Positions 28,382 through 39,149 of a stretch of 61,847 bases of DNA are shown piece by piece. Each line of letters begins with the position of its first letter. Within the stretch, counting starts at the first letter, position 1. Origin of the DNA: a virus (Duplodnaviria; Caudoviricetes); IMG/VR virus record IMGVR_UViG_3300033153_001680, positions 1 through 61,847 of that record, one strand, 5' to 3'. The position numbers and the translations under genes were made by a program. Under the pieces are notes generated by a model. The model ran no database searches. It was not told the DNA's origin and worked only from the letters and a program-made list of their open reading frames with translations.

Positions 28382-31300
28382 ATGACCCTCCTACAAGACT
28401 TACTTGATGAAAAAGATCGCAGGGCATCTGCTGAAGCTCCTGTGGAGCAGCCTAAAACTGGCCCCCGTGACTACAGTATACCTAGGGTGGCTGGCGACAG
28501 GTTTAAGACAGGTGTTGCTCAGGGGGTGAAGTCTGTTGGCACCGGAATACAAGCGGTAGGTACTTCGCTACAACACCCTGATACCGTGCTGACTACACAG
28601 GAGTATGTGGAGAAGCACTCTGGTGTCCCCGCTTACGGAGGGTCTCCGAATTTGCAGGCTGCACGTTCTGCGCTCAGGCGGAAATCTCCTACTCGTGAGC
28701 AGTCCCCCCAAGCCCTCAAGAGCCCTTTTCCTGCTTCTGGAGATGGTCCAGTGTCCGTTCTGACTGGAGATCCCCTAGAACCGAAGATCTTCGAGACCCG
28801 GAGACTCCGAAAAGACGAGATGCTGCCAGTGCAGAAGTTTGTGTCTGGGAAAGTAGCTCCTGTAGTAAAGGGACTTGGAGAACCTATAACAGAGTACGCA
28901 GACAAAGTTATAGAAGATAACCCCCAGTGGAGACTGCCCGAACACTTGCGAGGCCGTGGAGTCTTGGAGTCCATGTCCGCTGACGACCTCAGCTTCAGGG
29001 ATAAGGCAACTATGCTAATAGGGGGCATCGCTCAGAACACTCCCCAAGTGGTCGCTTCTATGGGCCTCCCCCTGGCTGGTGGTCTTGTTGCAGGCCCCCC
29101 TGGTCTTGTTGCTGGAGTGGCTGCGAGTGCAGGAGGAAATTTTCTCAACATGAGCGGAGAAGTCTATGAAGAGCTGAAACGAGCCCACCCCCTGATGCCT
29201 GAAGAGGACTTGGCGAATGTTGCTCTCGCTCATGGGACTCTATCTGCTGCACTGGAATTTATACCCCAAGCCTCCTTGATAACTAAAATTCCAGGGTTGA
29301 AAAAGGCTTTTCAACGCGGAGCACTAAAGGAACTTGCGGCTAGACCGTCTTTAGCGAAGGGTTTCGTCTCGGGCATAGCTACTCAGGGAGCTACTGAGGG
29401 GATAACAGAAGCTCTGCAAACAGTATCTGCCAACATAGCGAAACGAGTTTTTGACGAAAACCAGGGGTTGCTGGAAGGCGTTGACGAGGCTACTTTTATG
29501 GGGGTCATCATGGGGTCCCTCACTGGAGGCGTAGTTTCTATGGGGTCCCACCCTTCAGCAGTTCGGCAGTACAACTTGGAGAAGGTAGGAGAGATGAGCG
29601 TGTCTGAGCTGTCCTCCCTGGTTAATGATCCAAGTAAGCTTGCAGAGCAGGGTGTCTCTAGGGCTGAGGCTATTAGTACTCTCCGTCAAGCAAAAGCTAT
29701 TGAGCGGTACGAGAGATCAAAAGGAACACCCCCTAGTGCTCCAAAAGACGAAAAAGCCCTCTTAGAAAAGGATACAAGCGAACGGAAACTGGCTGTACAG
29801 ACTCTAAGAGATGCTAACCTACCCGATTCTCAGTTAGAATCACTGAAGGGTTCCCCTGATCAACTGGAGCAGTACGGCTTAAATCCCCAGGACATAACGA
29901 GTATCCAGGGGGAGCGATCTGATGAGCAGAGCTTTGTTACCAACTTCTCAGCTACTTTAGATTCAGCTCCTAGCGAGGCGATACGAAAGGGAATGTTAAG
30001 CACTCTTCAGGGAGAGTATTACTCTAAGCTGACGGAGCAGGCTGCTGTCCCTGAAGAAGCGGTTGTTTCACCAGAACAGGCTGCTGTCCCTGAAGAAGCG
30101 GTTGTTTCACCAGAACAGGCTGCTGTCCCTGAAGAAGCGGTTGTTTCACCAGAAGAAGCGGTTGTTTCACCAGAACAGGCTGCTGTCCCTGAAGAAGCGG
30201 TTGTTTCACCAGAACAGGCTGCTGCCCCTGAAGAAGCGGTTGTTTCACCAGAACAGGCTGCTGCCCCCAAGAAAATAAAAGTCAACACGTTCAGTAAGGG
30301 CCATGAACAAACGGCAAAAGTCATGGAATCCTGGCTTAAAGAGTTCTCTCCTCGCGAGGGAGTCAGTATTTCAGTAATCTCAAGAGATGATGCGGCTAAA
30401 GGTGAACTTTCTTCTGTATATAAGTCGTTGCCCCCTGAAGTACAGAAAAGGCTTGGAGGCGCGAAGACTAAAAAAGCCCTAAGTAACAAGAGAGTCCGGG
30501 GTCTAATGGCTAAGTTGAAGACAGAAACAGGTGGTAAGCACTATATGATAGTGGCTGACCCGATTCAGCACACTGGATCTGTAAAGGACGTACAGAACGT
30601 ATCAACTTATGCTCATGAAGTAGGACACATTATAGACAAAGAGTACTTGAGGTCCGCGCCAATAAACCTCCAGGCTGAAGTTATTAAGAGTTACAAGGCC
30701 TGGAGAAAAGCGGTTGAACCCTCTTTAGCTAAACGGAGTACCCTGAGAAAAGAGCGAAAAGTATTTGCTCACATATTTGACCGCCCGGATTTGGAAACAC
30801 AGTTCAAGAAAGACTCTAAGGTTCCAACAGGGAAGACTACTGAAGACTACGTTTCCTCATTTGATGAATGGTTTGCCGATCAAGTGGCAAAGTCATTAAC
30901 TACTTCTGAAAAACCTATTGGGGCTATTGAAGAGTTTTTTAAGAACGTGGCTGAATCTCTCAGGTCGATGCTGGAGCGAATCACGGGAACTCAGTTTATG
31001 CCTGACCCTGTAGTAAGGGACTTTGTTCTCGGAGGAGACTTGTTCATCAAGAGGTACTCCGACAACCTTATGGCTCAGGACAAAAACTCCGAGTTTTCAA
31101 GAACGCTACGGGAAAACCTGAAGAACGCTTCAGAAGACTCTGACCTACTAGAGTATGACCCCTCAGACCCCGACGTGAGTGAAATACTACAAGACTTGTT
31201 TCAGAAACCTCCTAACAAAGCTGATGCAGAGGCTACGTACAATCAAGATTTCGCTGATGCACCTGAGTCCTTAGATAAAGCTAATGAGCCAGAGCTTCGC

Positions 31301-34159
31301 AGGCACACTGAAAGACTGGAGAAGGCAAAGATTAAAGAGTACGAAAGGACTAAGAATACCCAGGAGGTGGGTAAAGTAGAGCTTCTGGTGTCATCCCCTG
31401 AGTACTACTTTACGCAGGACTCTACTACACACCTGATACAGAAGATTGCTTCTGATAAAGCAAGTAAAGCCCATATGTGGAGGCACGACGTTCAGGGTGA
31501 CCTCGTGCCTGTTATATCTAGCATAAAGAAGGCGGACCCCCAGGCCTACACAAAAGGGAAGAGATACCTGATAAACTCGGATGTTAAGGGTGAGGGCTTT
31601 ACTACTATGGAAGTTTCAGATGGGTGGCTGGTACTAAACCCTAAAGGCGAAGTAGTATCGAGAACAACAACAGAAAAAGAAGCAGTGTATGGTCCAAAAG
31701 GGTCCATTGAACTAGAGGGTGCGAGGCTTAAAGACTTAGGGTACTCTCCCAACGCTGTAGACTTAGTAAAGGAGTCTAGGCTTCTGACCAACCGAGCCTT
31801 TGACCTGCATATAGAGGACATGCGTCAGCAGGTAAAAGATGCGAAGGATCGGGGGTACAACCCTCCAATGGCTAACACCGAAGAAGGAAAGATCTCCCTG
31901 GCTCAAGCCATAATCCAGATGGGTGACTTGAGGGGGTCATACTTTCCCAGGGTCCGAGAAAACAAGGGATACGTGCTACGTGCTAAAAGCGACAAAGCCT
32001 ACAATGTGCTTGAGACTTTTGAGGCGTATGTCCCAGGAAATGTAAAGGACCCTCAATCCCTTCGGAGAACAAAGCGTTCTTTTAACGCAAAAACTCCGCT
32101 AGGGAAAAGGGTCAGGGAACTCGAATCTCAAGGGTATACTGACATCTCTATCGAGCCTTCTAGGAACCTGTCAAGGCATATATATGATACTCAAGGGCTT
32201 ATAGCATCTATGGATTCCCTGCTAAGTGCAGCAGAGGAGAGTACCAAGTCTACTAGCGACACTGACGCAAAGCTACTAGAGGAAGCTCACGCCAACATTA
32301 CGTACCAAGTCGCGGACCTGTTCAAAATAAAGGGCAACTTGGGAAGCCGAAAGCAGAGAGTCTCAGAGGTTTGGAAGGGATACGAGGAGGACCCCCTGGT
32401 TGCGTTAACAGAGTATTCCCGACGAGTAGCGACTAGTGCAGCAATGCGTGATACTGCTCGAAGAATGCTACTAGTTTTTACTGGCAGGGAGGTGTCTTGG
32501 GAGTCCTTTCAAGAAGAGAACCCTGGTGCAGCTTATAGCGAATACATGAAGAGTGTCCGAGATAAAGCAGTGGACCCGGTACACCAGAAAGAGCTTTATG
32601 GTGCAACTAGGGACTATATGTCTTACATCCTTTCACCAAAGACAGCAGTAGACGCAGCCGTCAGCAAGCTTCAAGCGTTAGCTATTATGAAGTATTTAGG
32701 GTTCCGGGTATCCTCAGCGGCTGCTAACATGACCAACTTAGGTATAGCAGTCCCTGCCACTATATCAGCGCATTCGGGGGTCGGAATTAGGGAGTCATGG
32801 AAAAGAGTACTCAGTGCATCAGGGAAGTACTCCTTGTACAGGCTCAATCAGTTGGAGAACTCTTCGATTATTCCTGAAGCAGTAAAAAAGAAGATCCAGT
32901 CTTCCGCAGACACTGTTCTAACTGAGCAGGACAGGGGGATATTCGACGAGATAAGTAGAAGAGGGTGGGACGAAGAAAACTTCAGTAGGGAAGCCCAAGA
33001 AGTGCTACAGAGTAATACCTCCAGGTATTTTGAAAACACTCTGGAAGTAATGATGTATGCTTTTGGAGCCACTGAAAAAGCGAACAGAGCTGTGACTATC
33101 TTTGCTGCATACAAGGCGCACGAGAAAGCAGCAAAAAAGAATAACAAACCCAGTAATCCTGAATTATTCTATGCGCTGTCTCATCACACTAGCAACCGAG
33201 CACACGGACAGTACGGAGAGGCAGCTAAACCCTGGTTGATCCAGAAACACCGAATTCTCAACCTCCCCTACACCTTTAAAAAGTTCCAGCACAACTTTCT
33301 ACTGAACCTCCATGAAATCGGAGTTAAAGGCTACCAACAGGGGAAAGGGTTTGATGCCGCTAAGAACATTGCATACCTGCTCCTAGCACCTGCCATAGTC
33401 GCGGGTGCAGGGGCATCCCTGGTTTCTCAAGTATCTTTTGGCATGTTGAGTGCGCTCACAGGATCTGACGATGCTGAAGAGGATTTTTATAAGTGGGTGG
33501 ATGATACCTTTGGTGAAGGCGATATGACAAGTCGAGCAGCCAGACATGGGTTGGGGGGTCTGGCGGGGGTAAGCTTGAAAGGTACTCTGGCCTTTGATAA
33601 CCCTCTCCCCGCTAACATCAGTGAACTAGCAGGTGCTGGGGGGAGTGTTGTAACCGACCTCTGGGACTCTGCAATACATGTATCTCAGGGAGAACTCTTG
33701 AGGGGAACTGAGAAAGCCCTCCCCTCTTCGATTGGAGCTTTCTTTAAGGCTTACCGGGAAACTACTGAGGGAGTAACTGATAAAAACTTGTCCCCTAGAT
33801 TCTACGGAACCGAGCCGATAAAAGCAAATTTGAGTGAAGCGATAACCAGGGGGTTTGGGTTTAGCCCCTCCCGTTTAGCTACTATAAGTGAGAAACAGTG
33901 GTCCGAAACTAAAGTGGTTAGAGAGTATGCTAAAGAACGTACCCGCATTAAGAGAAACATCCATAAGATGTTGAGTGCGGACATGAAATCAAAAGAGGCC
34001 TGGGCCAGCGTCCTCCAGGAAGTCAGAGAGTACAACGTTCGAGCTAACGAGGTGTTTGACAGATACCACTTACCCTTCATAAACGATGTTTGGATACGTG
34101 GTGCCATTAGGTCGTACTACACCCCCAGTAAAACAGAACGCTTACGGAGGGTGGAATAG
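28382..34159 (+). CDS. Giant polyvalent-type internal virion protein with zincin metallopeptidase motif
   Basis: 1925 aa. Gly/Ala-rich hydrophobic N-terminal region, AHEVGH plus downstream FDEWFADQVA, YFPRVR motif, helical C-terminal region like PLxRFG-type proteins. Confidence 0.75.
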   Translation: MTLLQDLLDEKDRRASAEAPVEQPKTGPRDYSIPRVAGDRFKTGVAQGVKSVGTGIQAVGTSLQHPDTVLTTQEYVEKHSGVPAYGGSPNLQAARSALRRKSPTREQSPQALKSPFPASGDGPVSVLTGDPLEPKIFETRRLRKDEMLPVQKFVSGKVAPVVKGLGEPITEYADKVIEDNPQWRLPEHLRGRGVLESMSADDLSFRDKATMLIGGIAQNTPQVVASMGLPLAGGLVAGPPGLVAGVAASAGGNFLNMSGEVYEELKRAHPLMPEEDLANVALAHGTLSAALEFIPQASLITKIPGLKKAFQRGALKELAARPSLAKGFVSGIATQGATEGITEALQTVSANIAKRVFDENQGLLEGVDEATFMGVIMGSLTGGVVSMGSHPSAVRQYNLEKVGEMSVSELSSLVNDPSKLAEQGVSRAEAISTLRQAKAIERYERSKGTPPSAPKDEKALLEKDTSERKLAVQTLRDANLPDSQLESLKGSPDQLEQYGLNPQDITSIQGERSDEQSFVTNFSATLDSAPSEAIRKGMLSTLQGEYYSKLTEQAAVPEEAVVSPEQAAVPEEAVVSPEQAAVPEEAVVSPEEAVVSPEQAAVPEEAVVSPEQAAAPEEAVVSPEQAAAPKKIKVNTFSKGHEQTAKVMESWLKEFSPREGVSISVISRDDAAKGELSSVYKSLPPEVQKRLGGAKTKKALSNKRVRGLMAKLKTETGGKHYMIVADPIQHTGSVKDVQNVSTYAHEVGHIIDKEYLRSAPINLQAEVIKSYKAWRKAVEPSLAKRSTLRKERKVFAHIFDRPDLETQFKKDSKVPTGKTTEDYVSSFDEWFADQVAKSLTTSEKPIGAIEEFFKNVAESLRSMLERITGTQFMPDPVVRDFVLGGDLFIKRYSDNLMAQDKNSEFSRTLRENLKNASEDSDLLEYDPSDPDVSEILQDLFQKPPNKADAEATYNQDFADAPESLDKANEPELRRHTERLEKAKIKEYERTKNTQEVGKVELLVSSPEYYFTQDSTTHLIQKIASDKASKAHMWRHDVQGDLVPVISSIKKADPQAYTKGKRYLINSDVKGEGFTTMEVSDGWLVLNPKGEVVSRTTTEKEAVYGPKGSIELEGARLKDLGYSPNAVDLVKESRLLTNRAFDLHIEDMRQQVKDAKDRGYNPPMANTEEGKISLAQAIIQMGDLRGSYFPRVRENKGYVLRAKSDKAYNVLETFEAYVPGNVKDPQSLRRTKRSFNAKTPLGKRVRELESQGYTDISIEPSRNLSRHIYDTQGLIASMDSLLSAAEESTKSTSDTDAKLLEEAHANITYQVADLFKIKGNLGSRKQRVSEVWKGYEEDPLVALTEYSRRVATSAAMRDTARRMLLVFTGREVSWESFQEENPGAAYSEYMKSVRDKAVDPVHQKELYGATRDYMSYILSPKTAVDAAVSKLQALAIMKYLGFRVSSAAANMTNLGIAVPATISAHSGVGIRESWKRVLSASGKYSLYRLNQLENSSIIPEAVKKKIQSSADTVLTEQDRGIFDEISRRGWDEENFSREAQEVLQSNTSRYFENTLEVMMYAFGATEKANRAVTIFAAYKAHEKAAKKNNKPSNPELFYALSHHTSNRAHGQYGEAAKPWLIQKHRILNLPYTFKKFQHNFLLNLHEIGVKGYQQGKGFDAAKNIAYLLLAPAIVAGAGASLVSQVSFGMLSALTGSDDAEEDFYKWVDDTFGEGDMTSRAARHGLGGLAGVSLKGTLAFDNPLPANISELAGAGGSVVTDLWDSAIHVSQGELLRGTEKALPSSIGAFFKAYRETTEGVTDKNLSPRFYGTEPIKANLSEAITRGFGFSPSRLATISEKQWSETKVVREYAKERTRIKRNIHKMLSADMKSKEAWASVLQEVREYNVRANEVFDRYHLPFINDVWIRGAIRSYYTPSKTERLRRVE
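30035..30268 (+). repeat. 39-bp coding tandem repeat (EQAAVPEEAVVSP) in the giant protein
   Basis: About five near-perfect units plus one 21-bp partial unit. Confidence 0.9.
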
Positions 34160-35770
34160 ATGTCTTTGACGCTGACTTTTGACGGAGTTGTGGTTACTAA
34201 CGCAGAGTCTGAGACCAATTGGGACAGCTCAGGGCTGCTAGGCCCTGAGCTGTTTACTGATGTGTTAGAAGTCCAGGGCTCCTCTTGCGTGGGTTTTATG
34301 GGACGTAGGGCGAGTGGATATGCAGTATACCAAAGCCCTGTTTCCTATGATTTCACTACGACATACGAGGGGGCTCATGTATTTATGTGGGTCCTGACAC
34401 CTATGCCTAATGCTATGTCTAGTGAAATAGGGGAGGGAGTGTTCCTCATAGTGGGGTCCAGTACGTCAGATTATGTTAAATTCCAGGTAGGGTCGGGAGA
34501 TGAGGTATTTAATTTATCTAGGGGGTTCAAACGTTTTATTCTTGACCCTACTTTAACTCCCACAGAGGTCGTAGGCACTCCTGATTTTAGCGCGATTTCG
34601 GTTTTTGGTGTGTGGTGTGATATATCGGACTCGACCATGTACTTAGAGGAGATAGTATTCTTTGATAGCATATCCATAGGATATGGTCTACGGGTTACTG
34701 GAACGTCCTCCAATTTCTGGAGTGATGTAGAAGCTGCTAACAAAGGACCTGTTAACAACCACGGGATACTGCAAGAGTTTGAGGGAGTGTTTTACTTATA
34801 CGCTCCCCTACATATAGGGAGCCTTGGAGCCCTTGATACAACTGTCAGCGATCAGAGTAAAATTGTGAAGTTAGTGTCCCAACGGTATTATACAGGCAGT
34901 GCTTGGGTTGACATGTTAGCAGATGGGTTCTTGGGGATTACCATTGATGACGGTGGTGCCTCTGGAGGCACCACTAGTTTTACAGACGGAGTACAACTAG
35001 AACCGGGAGTGGGGGCATTAGGGTCTCATATTGAGGGGTCCGATGTCCGTGATTCGTTTTTTGAGGCTTCCCTAGAGAACGTAAGCAGTCAGATTGAGCT
35101 AAAAGGCACAGCTGTTTACCATTTTTCAGGGGTGGTATCATTACCCAGTGCGTCAGCGTCTCTAAAAGCCTGCTCTGCCACTTTTCACGGCTGTGCTAAA
35201 GTAACCCTTGGCTCGGCATTCTTAAGGAACGTCCTTTTCTGTGAAACTGTGTCACCAGACGCTGCTCTTCTGTGGAACCCTTTGTTAGACATAGAGGATT
35301 GCACGTTTTCAGCTAACACCACAGGCAGTGCTATTGAGATGCCTGAGAATACAGGCAATCCCTACGAGTACGACAATTTAAAGTTTGTAGGGAACACTTA
35401 TGACGTGTACAACTCGTCAGGGGGCACTGTAGAGGTAGACCTGAAAAACGGTGCTAATGCGGCATCCTCAACTGGAGACACTGTAGTATTCAACAACCCT
35501 GTAGTACTGCACATCACGGGAAGCGTGTCGCTTCTTGGTGCTGAAGTGAGGATATATGACTTAGACAGCGCAGAAGTGGGGAACTTAGGCACTGAATTAG
35601 CCGGTGTCGAGACGAACCCCAACACCTTTTTTGATTACTCTGGAGCCGAGGGCAACTTAATATGGATTCAGATACTAAAAACAGGGTATTTAGAGATTGG
35701 GGTAGAGTATACCATACCAGCTCAAGACACAAGTATACCAATACAGTTACGCATTGACAAAAATCTTTAA
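34160..35770 (+). CDS. Putative tail spike/fibre protein with beta-helix-like segment
   Basis: 536 aa, beta-rich, with repeated CTF/NLKF-type turns. Confidence 0.6.
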   Translation: MSLTLTFDGVVVTNAESETNWDSSGLLGPELFTDVLEVQGSSCVGFMGRRASGYAVYQSPVSYDFTTTYEGAHVFMWVLTPMPNAMSSEIGEGVFLIVGSSTSDYVKFQVGSGDEVFNLSRGFKRFILDPTLTPTEVVGTPDFSAISVFGVWCDISDSTMYLEEIVFFDSISIGYGLRVTGTSSNFWSDVEAANKGPVNNHGILQEFEGVFYLYAPLHIGSLGALDTTVSDQSKIVKLVSQRYYTGSAWVDMLADGFLGITIDDGGASGGTTSFTDGVQLEPGVGALGSHIEGSDVRDSFFEASLENVSSQIELKGTAVYHFSGVVSLPSASASLKACSATFHGCAKVTLGSAFLRNVLFCETVSPDAALLWNPLLDIEDCTFSANTTGSAIEMPENTGNPYEYDNLKFVGNTYDVYNSSGGTVEVDLKNGANAASSTGDTVVFNNPVVLHITGSVSLLGAEVRIYDLDSAEVGNLGTELAGVETNPNTFFDYSGAEGNLIWIQILKTGYLEIGVEYTIPAQDTSIPIQLRIDKNL

Positions 35771-35782
35771 CCAGGGGAACCT

Positions 35783-37306
35783 ATGCTCATTGACCACACT
35801 AACTATGACCAGTACTTAAAGCAGTCCACGCAGGGTAGGTCAGGAGTACCTGACGGAAATGTCTTCTTTGACACTGCTACAGACACCATAGAACTTATTG
35901 GAGTGGACGAACTCGCTATATTCGACCACACTTCTATGGGTGGGGGAGCAACCGATCCAAATCAGTTAACAAACTTTGATGGTATCACTCTTAGGGCGTT
36001 ATATCTTTTTGAGAACCAAGAGAGAAGTGCCGACGAGAACCTCCGAAAGCATAAGAGGGGCACCGATGGTGTCTATAAGTTCACGGGGGCGTATAACTTC
36101 GTTAACGGGGTGAAACTCAACAACGCTGGTACCGACAGGCTGAAGATCAGACAGTCCGGTTGGATTGAGTATGCAGCGAACGGGGATGGTCGCACCGAGA
36201 TTGACCGGATTTATCATGGTGTGAACTCCTTGATCGACCTCCAGCCGGCTTCGGCACCGTATTACACCCTGGTTGCAGACACACTTGAAGCAACTCTACA
36301 AGCAGCTACCTGGGCAACATTTGATCGAGCTGGGGACGTGGATGAAGCTATTCAGGTTTTTGGCTCGACTTCTTTCGGTGATACCGGAGCGACTGACTTT
36401 GACTACACCTCTATGATTCTGGTACTGAGGGCCAGAACCTGGGGTTACACGCATGATGAAACCACTTCAGTTTTAAGCCAGATTCCAGAGTTTTCAGGGT
36501 TTAAGGCAGGGTATGGTTTTGGTGACGTAGAGCCCCACGAAGATGCCTACAATTTGGCAGACGTATATGGGGGATCCCAAGTTTCACCCTGGACCGGGAT
36601 GTCCTTAGAAAAACTGGTGGCCCCTCAGACTGAAACAGGGTTCCTCGAAGCGGACGGTGACTTTACCTGGGTACTCCACAACACCGCAGCGGGGTCCGTG
36701 GCAGAGTGCGAAGCGTTTCTTGAAGCTCTCGCCATGCAGGATGGGGACATCGACGATGGTGCAGGGACGTATAGCGGGCATCATGGTAGAGTGTGGATAC
36801 ACCGGAATGACGATGGATTAGTAGAAACTCAGTCTATTGAGGGGGAGGGCTTGTTTATTGAGGGCCTCTCGACCTCAGAGAAACAGAACATCGTTTTCGC
36901 TGATGATGCTGGAGACTTGAAGCATTATCCTTTCTATCCAGAGGTGAAAATCCTAGTTGGGCTATGGGCTAAAGCGGATGCCAATGCTTGGTACCACCTG
37001 TTCTATACAGATGGCGCAGGCGCAGAGGACTTTGATACAGCAACAGCAGTAACGGTGAATGACTCTAGCAGCACCCCAGTGAAAGGACTGTGCAGTACAG
37101 CTGACGCGGAAGGGTACATCAGCTTTCCTTACGACTACGACGCAAACACTCAAGCGGGTCTTCCTGCTGCAACCGATAAAGACGTAGTAGTGGAAGTGGA
37201 GAGCTACGGACCAGGGAGTGTAACCCCTGAGATCACGTTCTTCACTCTAACTCGTTCAAGCATTGTTAATGCAACTTGTTCGCCTACCCTTGACCTGAAC
37301 GTATAG
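35783..37306 (+). CDS. Putative virion structural protein
   Basis: 507 aa, Asp/Gly/Thr-rich, with an RBS. Confidence 0.65.
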   Translation: MLIDHTNYDQYLKQSTQGRSGVPDGNVFFDTATDTIELIGVDELAIFDHTSMGGGATDPNQLTNFDGITLRALYLFENQERSADENLRKHKRGTDGVYKFTGAYNFVNGVKLNNAGTDRLKIRQSGWIEYAANGDGRTEIDRIYHGVNSLIDLQPASAPYYTLVADTLEATLQAATWATFDRAGDVDEAIQVFGSTSFGDTGATDFDYTSMILVLRARTWGYTHDETTSVLSQIPEFSGFKAGYGFGDVEPHEDAYNLADVYGGSQVSPWTGMSLEKLVAPQTETGFLEADGDFTWVLHNTAAGSVAECEAFLEALAMQDGDIDDGAGTYSGHHGRVWIHRNDDGLVETQSIEGEGLFIEGLSTSEKQNIVFADDAGDLKHYPFYPEVKILVGLWAKADANAWYHLFYTDGAGAEDFDTATAVTVNDSSSTPVKGLCSTADAEGYISFPYDYDANTQAGLPAATDKDVVVEVESYGPGSVTPEITFFTLTRSSIVNATCSPTLDLNV

Positions 37307-37307
37307 A

Positions 37308-37829
37308 GTGAGCCTTGAGTCCCCCGTCATTGCATACATAGATGGGTCCACCAGACGTATACACCTTAAATGCGGGCTGTATACGTTTGACTGGATCACT
37401 GATATCTATGCGGAGTACAAGTATTTAAGGAGTACCATTGAGTCTCTGCGTAACTGGTACCCTTTTATGCAAGCTCGTGGGGGCGAGTTAAAAGAGAACG
37501 GCGTGTGCAGGAACTGTTATCTAGTGCTGCTCCAAGGCACTCGGGTAGTACCTTGTGATGAGCCCGTTAACCTAACCGCTGTGGGTGAGATCCTCACTGA
37601 CGAAGTGGACGACCAGTACCCTTTTGACTTAACAGGTCTACTGGACCCTCCTACAATCACTCTGTATAACCCGTGTGCTCAAGCAATCCTTAATTGCGTA
37701 ACAAGTGTTGAAGTTATGAAGGAAGATATCGAAATAGAGGTCGAAGAGACTCCCGTTGAAGCTGAACTCGACGACTCAGCACCGGGGGTAGAAGTTATAG
37801 ACAACCAAGTGGACATAGAGGTGAAATGA
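37308..37829 (+). CDS. Hypothetical structural-region protein
   Basis: 173-aa ORF with GTG start adjacent to the previous stop. Confidence 0.6.
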   Translation: MSLESPVIAYIDGSTRRIHLKCGLYTFDWITDIYAEYKYLRSTIESLRNWYPFMQARGGELKENGVCRNCYLVLLQGTRVVPCDEPVNLTAVGEILTDEVDDQYPFDLTGLLDPPTITLYNPCAQAILNCVTSVEVMKEDIEIEVEETPVEAELDDSAPGVEVIDNQVDIEVK

Positions 37830-38176
37830 TGTCATCAGAAATACGCATCGTTCGGGGGGACACTGAGCCTCTAGTACTACAGTTTTGGTCGGACCGAAAA
37901 TCAGGTATAAAATATAACCTCTCGGATGTCACTTCTGCGACTCTCACTGTGGACCCCGAGAAAGGACCCGTGGACGCTACCAACAACCTATTCACTTTAG
38001 CCGGGGTTATATCAGACCCCAGCTCAGGGTTAATCTCATTTAGCCCTACAGAAATCCATGTTGACCTGCCTCCCGCGACTTACTACTACGATGTTCAGTT
38101 TATAAAGGTAGGGGGTTTTAAGAAGACTCCCATTATTGATAAATTCGTAGTAACTCAGGATATCAACAAGTCATGA
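37826..38176 (+). CDS. BppU N-terminal-like beta-sandwich protein
   Basis: IVRGDT...NLS...A.LTV...G.ISF.PT...L....YYYDVQ pattern. Confidence 0.65.
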   Translation: MMSSEIRIVRGDTEPLVLQFWSDRKSGIKYNLSDVTSATLTVDPEKGPVDATNNLFTLAGVISDPSSGLISFSPTEIHVDLPPATYYYDVQFIKVGGFKKTPIIDKFVVTQDINKS

Positions 38177-38406
38177 GTGCTAGAGACTATAAGAAAGAGT
38201 ACCGAGAGTATCAGGGTCTGTTGAGCCAGAAGAAGAGACGTGCAGGGCGTAACGCTGCTCGACGGATAATGGCGAAACAAGGCCTAGTCAAGAAGGGGGA
38301 CTCTAAGGACGTACACCACAAGGACCATGACCCCCTACATAACGCTCAGAGTAACTTAGCTGCTCTGAGTAAAACTGCTAACCGGGGTAAGCACAGACTC
38401 CGCTAA
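38173..38406 (+). CDS. Small HNH-type nuclease-like protein
   Basis: RDYKKEY...RAxRNxARR...KGDxKDVHHKD...N..SNL.....NR. Confidence 0.75.
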   Translation: MSARDYKKEYREYQGLLSQKKRRAGRNAARRIMAKQGLVKKGDSKDVHHKDHDPLHNAQSNLAALSKTANRGKHRLR

Positions 38407-38420
38407 ACGAGGATGCATGT

Positions 38421-39104
38421 ATGTTTCCAGATGACACTAAGTTAAATTCTTTCTTTGAAGGCCAAGAGGACTTATTCGAGACCTTTCGAAAAGTAGTAGT
38501 GGCGGCTCGGTCTGCCACTGAGTGGGGAACTGTTATAGCTTCCTACTGGATATCGAAATTAGTACTTCCACTAATACCTGGAGGGTGGGCCAAGGATAAC
38601 TTTATTGAGCTGTTCACAGTCACTGTAGGCCTATTGTTCATAGCGTATTTTAAAAGAGCTATGAGGTTTAGAGTTAACCGGTGGGGTGGCAGGATGATAG
38701 TGTGTGGAAACCCCTCTGGTCGTCCTCCTCACTATGAGTACATACTGCGGCGAACCCGGCCTAGATTTCTACTGTTCCCTATAAGCCACTGTGTGGGGGC
38801 CTGGACTTTTACTATTGGTAAGCTGTCCCCCGGTACGGGTGGGGTAAATATTACTGAGAAAACCACGGTGTACATGAAAAACACTGATGAATGCCGGTGG
38901 GAACTGGGGGGATACGGAGCTGAAAAACTGGAGGACGAAGCTAGAGCACTCTTTGTTCGATACTACGAGCACCTGGGTGATAAGGTGGTCGGTGCGATGA
39001 CTCAAGGTGAGAAAGATAAACTCGAAACTATGAAAGCCGCTATTACTTGTGGATTGGACACAGGCTGTACTCCGTATGAGAACTTCTCTCCTACCTCCTC
39101 CTGA
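38421..39104 (+). CDS. Hypothetical membrane protein
   Basis: GAGGA RBS; one or two hydrophobic segments. Confidence 0.6.
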   Translation: MFPDDTKLNSFFEGQEDLFETFRKVVVAARSATEWGTVIASYWISKLVLPLIPGGWAKDNFIELFTVTVGLLFIAYFKRAMRFRVNRWGGRMIVCGNPSGRPPHYEYILRRTRPRFLLFPISHCVGAWTFTIGKLSPGTGGVNITEKTTVYMKNTDECRWELGGYGAEKLEDEARALFVRYYEHLGDKVVGAMTQGEKDKLETMKAAITCGLDTGCTPYENFSPTSS

Positions 39105-39110
39105 TTGTAA

Positions 39111-39138
39111 GACCAGTGGCTCAAGTGAGCCACTGGTC
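39111..39138. terminator. Hairpin at the convergence of the two transcription arms
   Basis: GACCAGTGGCTCA-AG-TGAGCCACTGGTC. Confidence 0.75.
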
Positions 39139-39149
39139 GCCTGCTAGAG

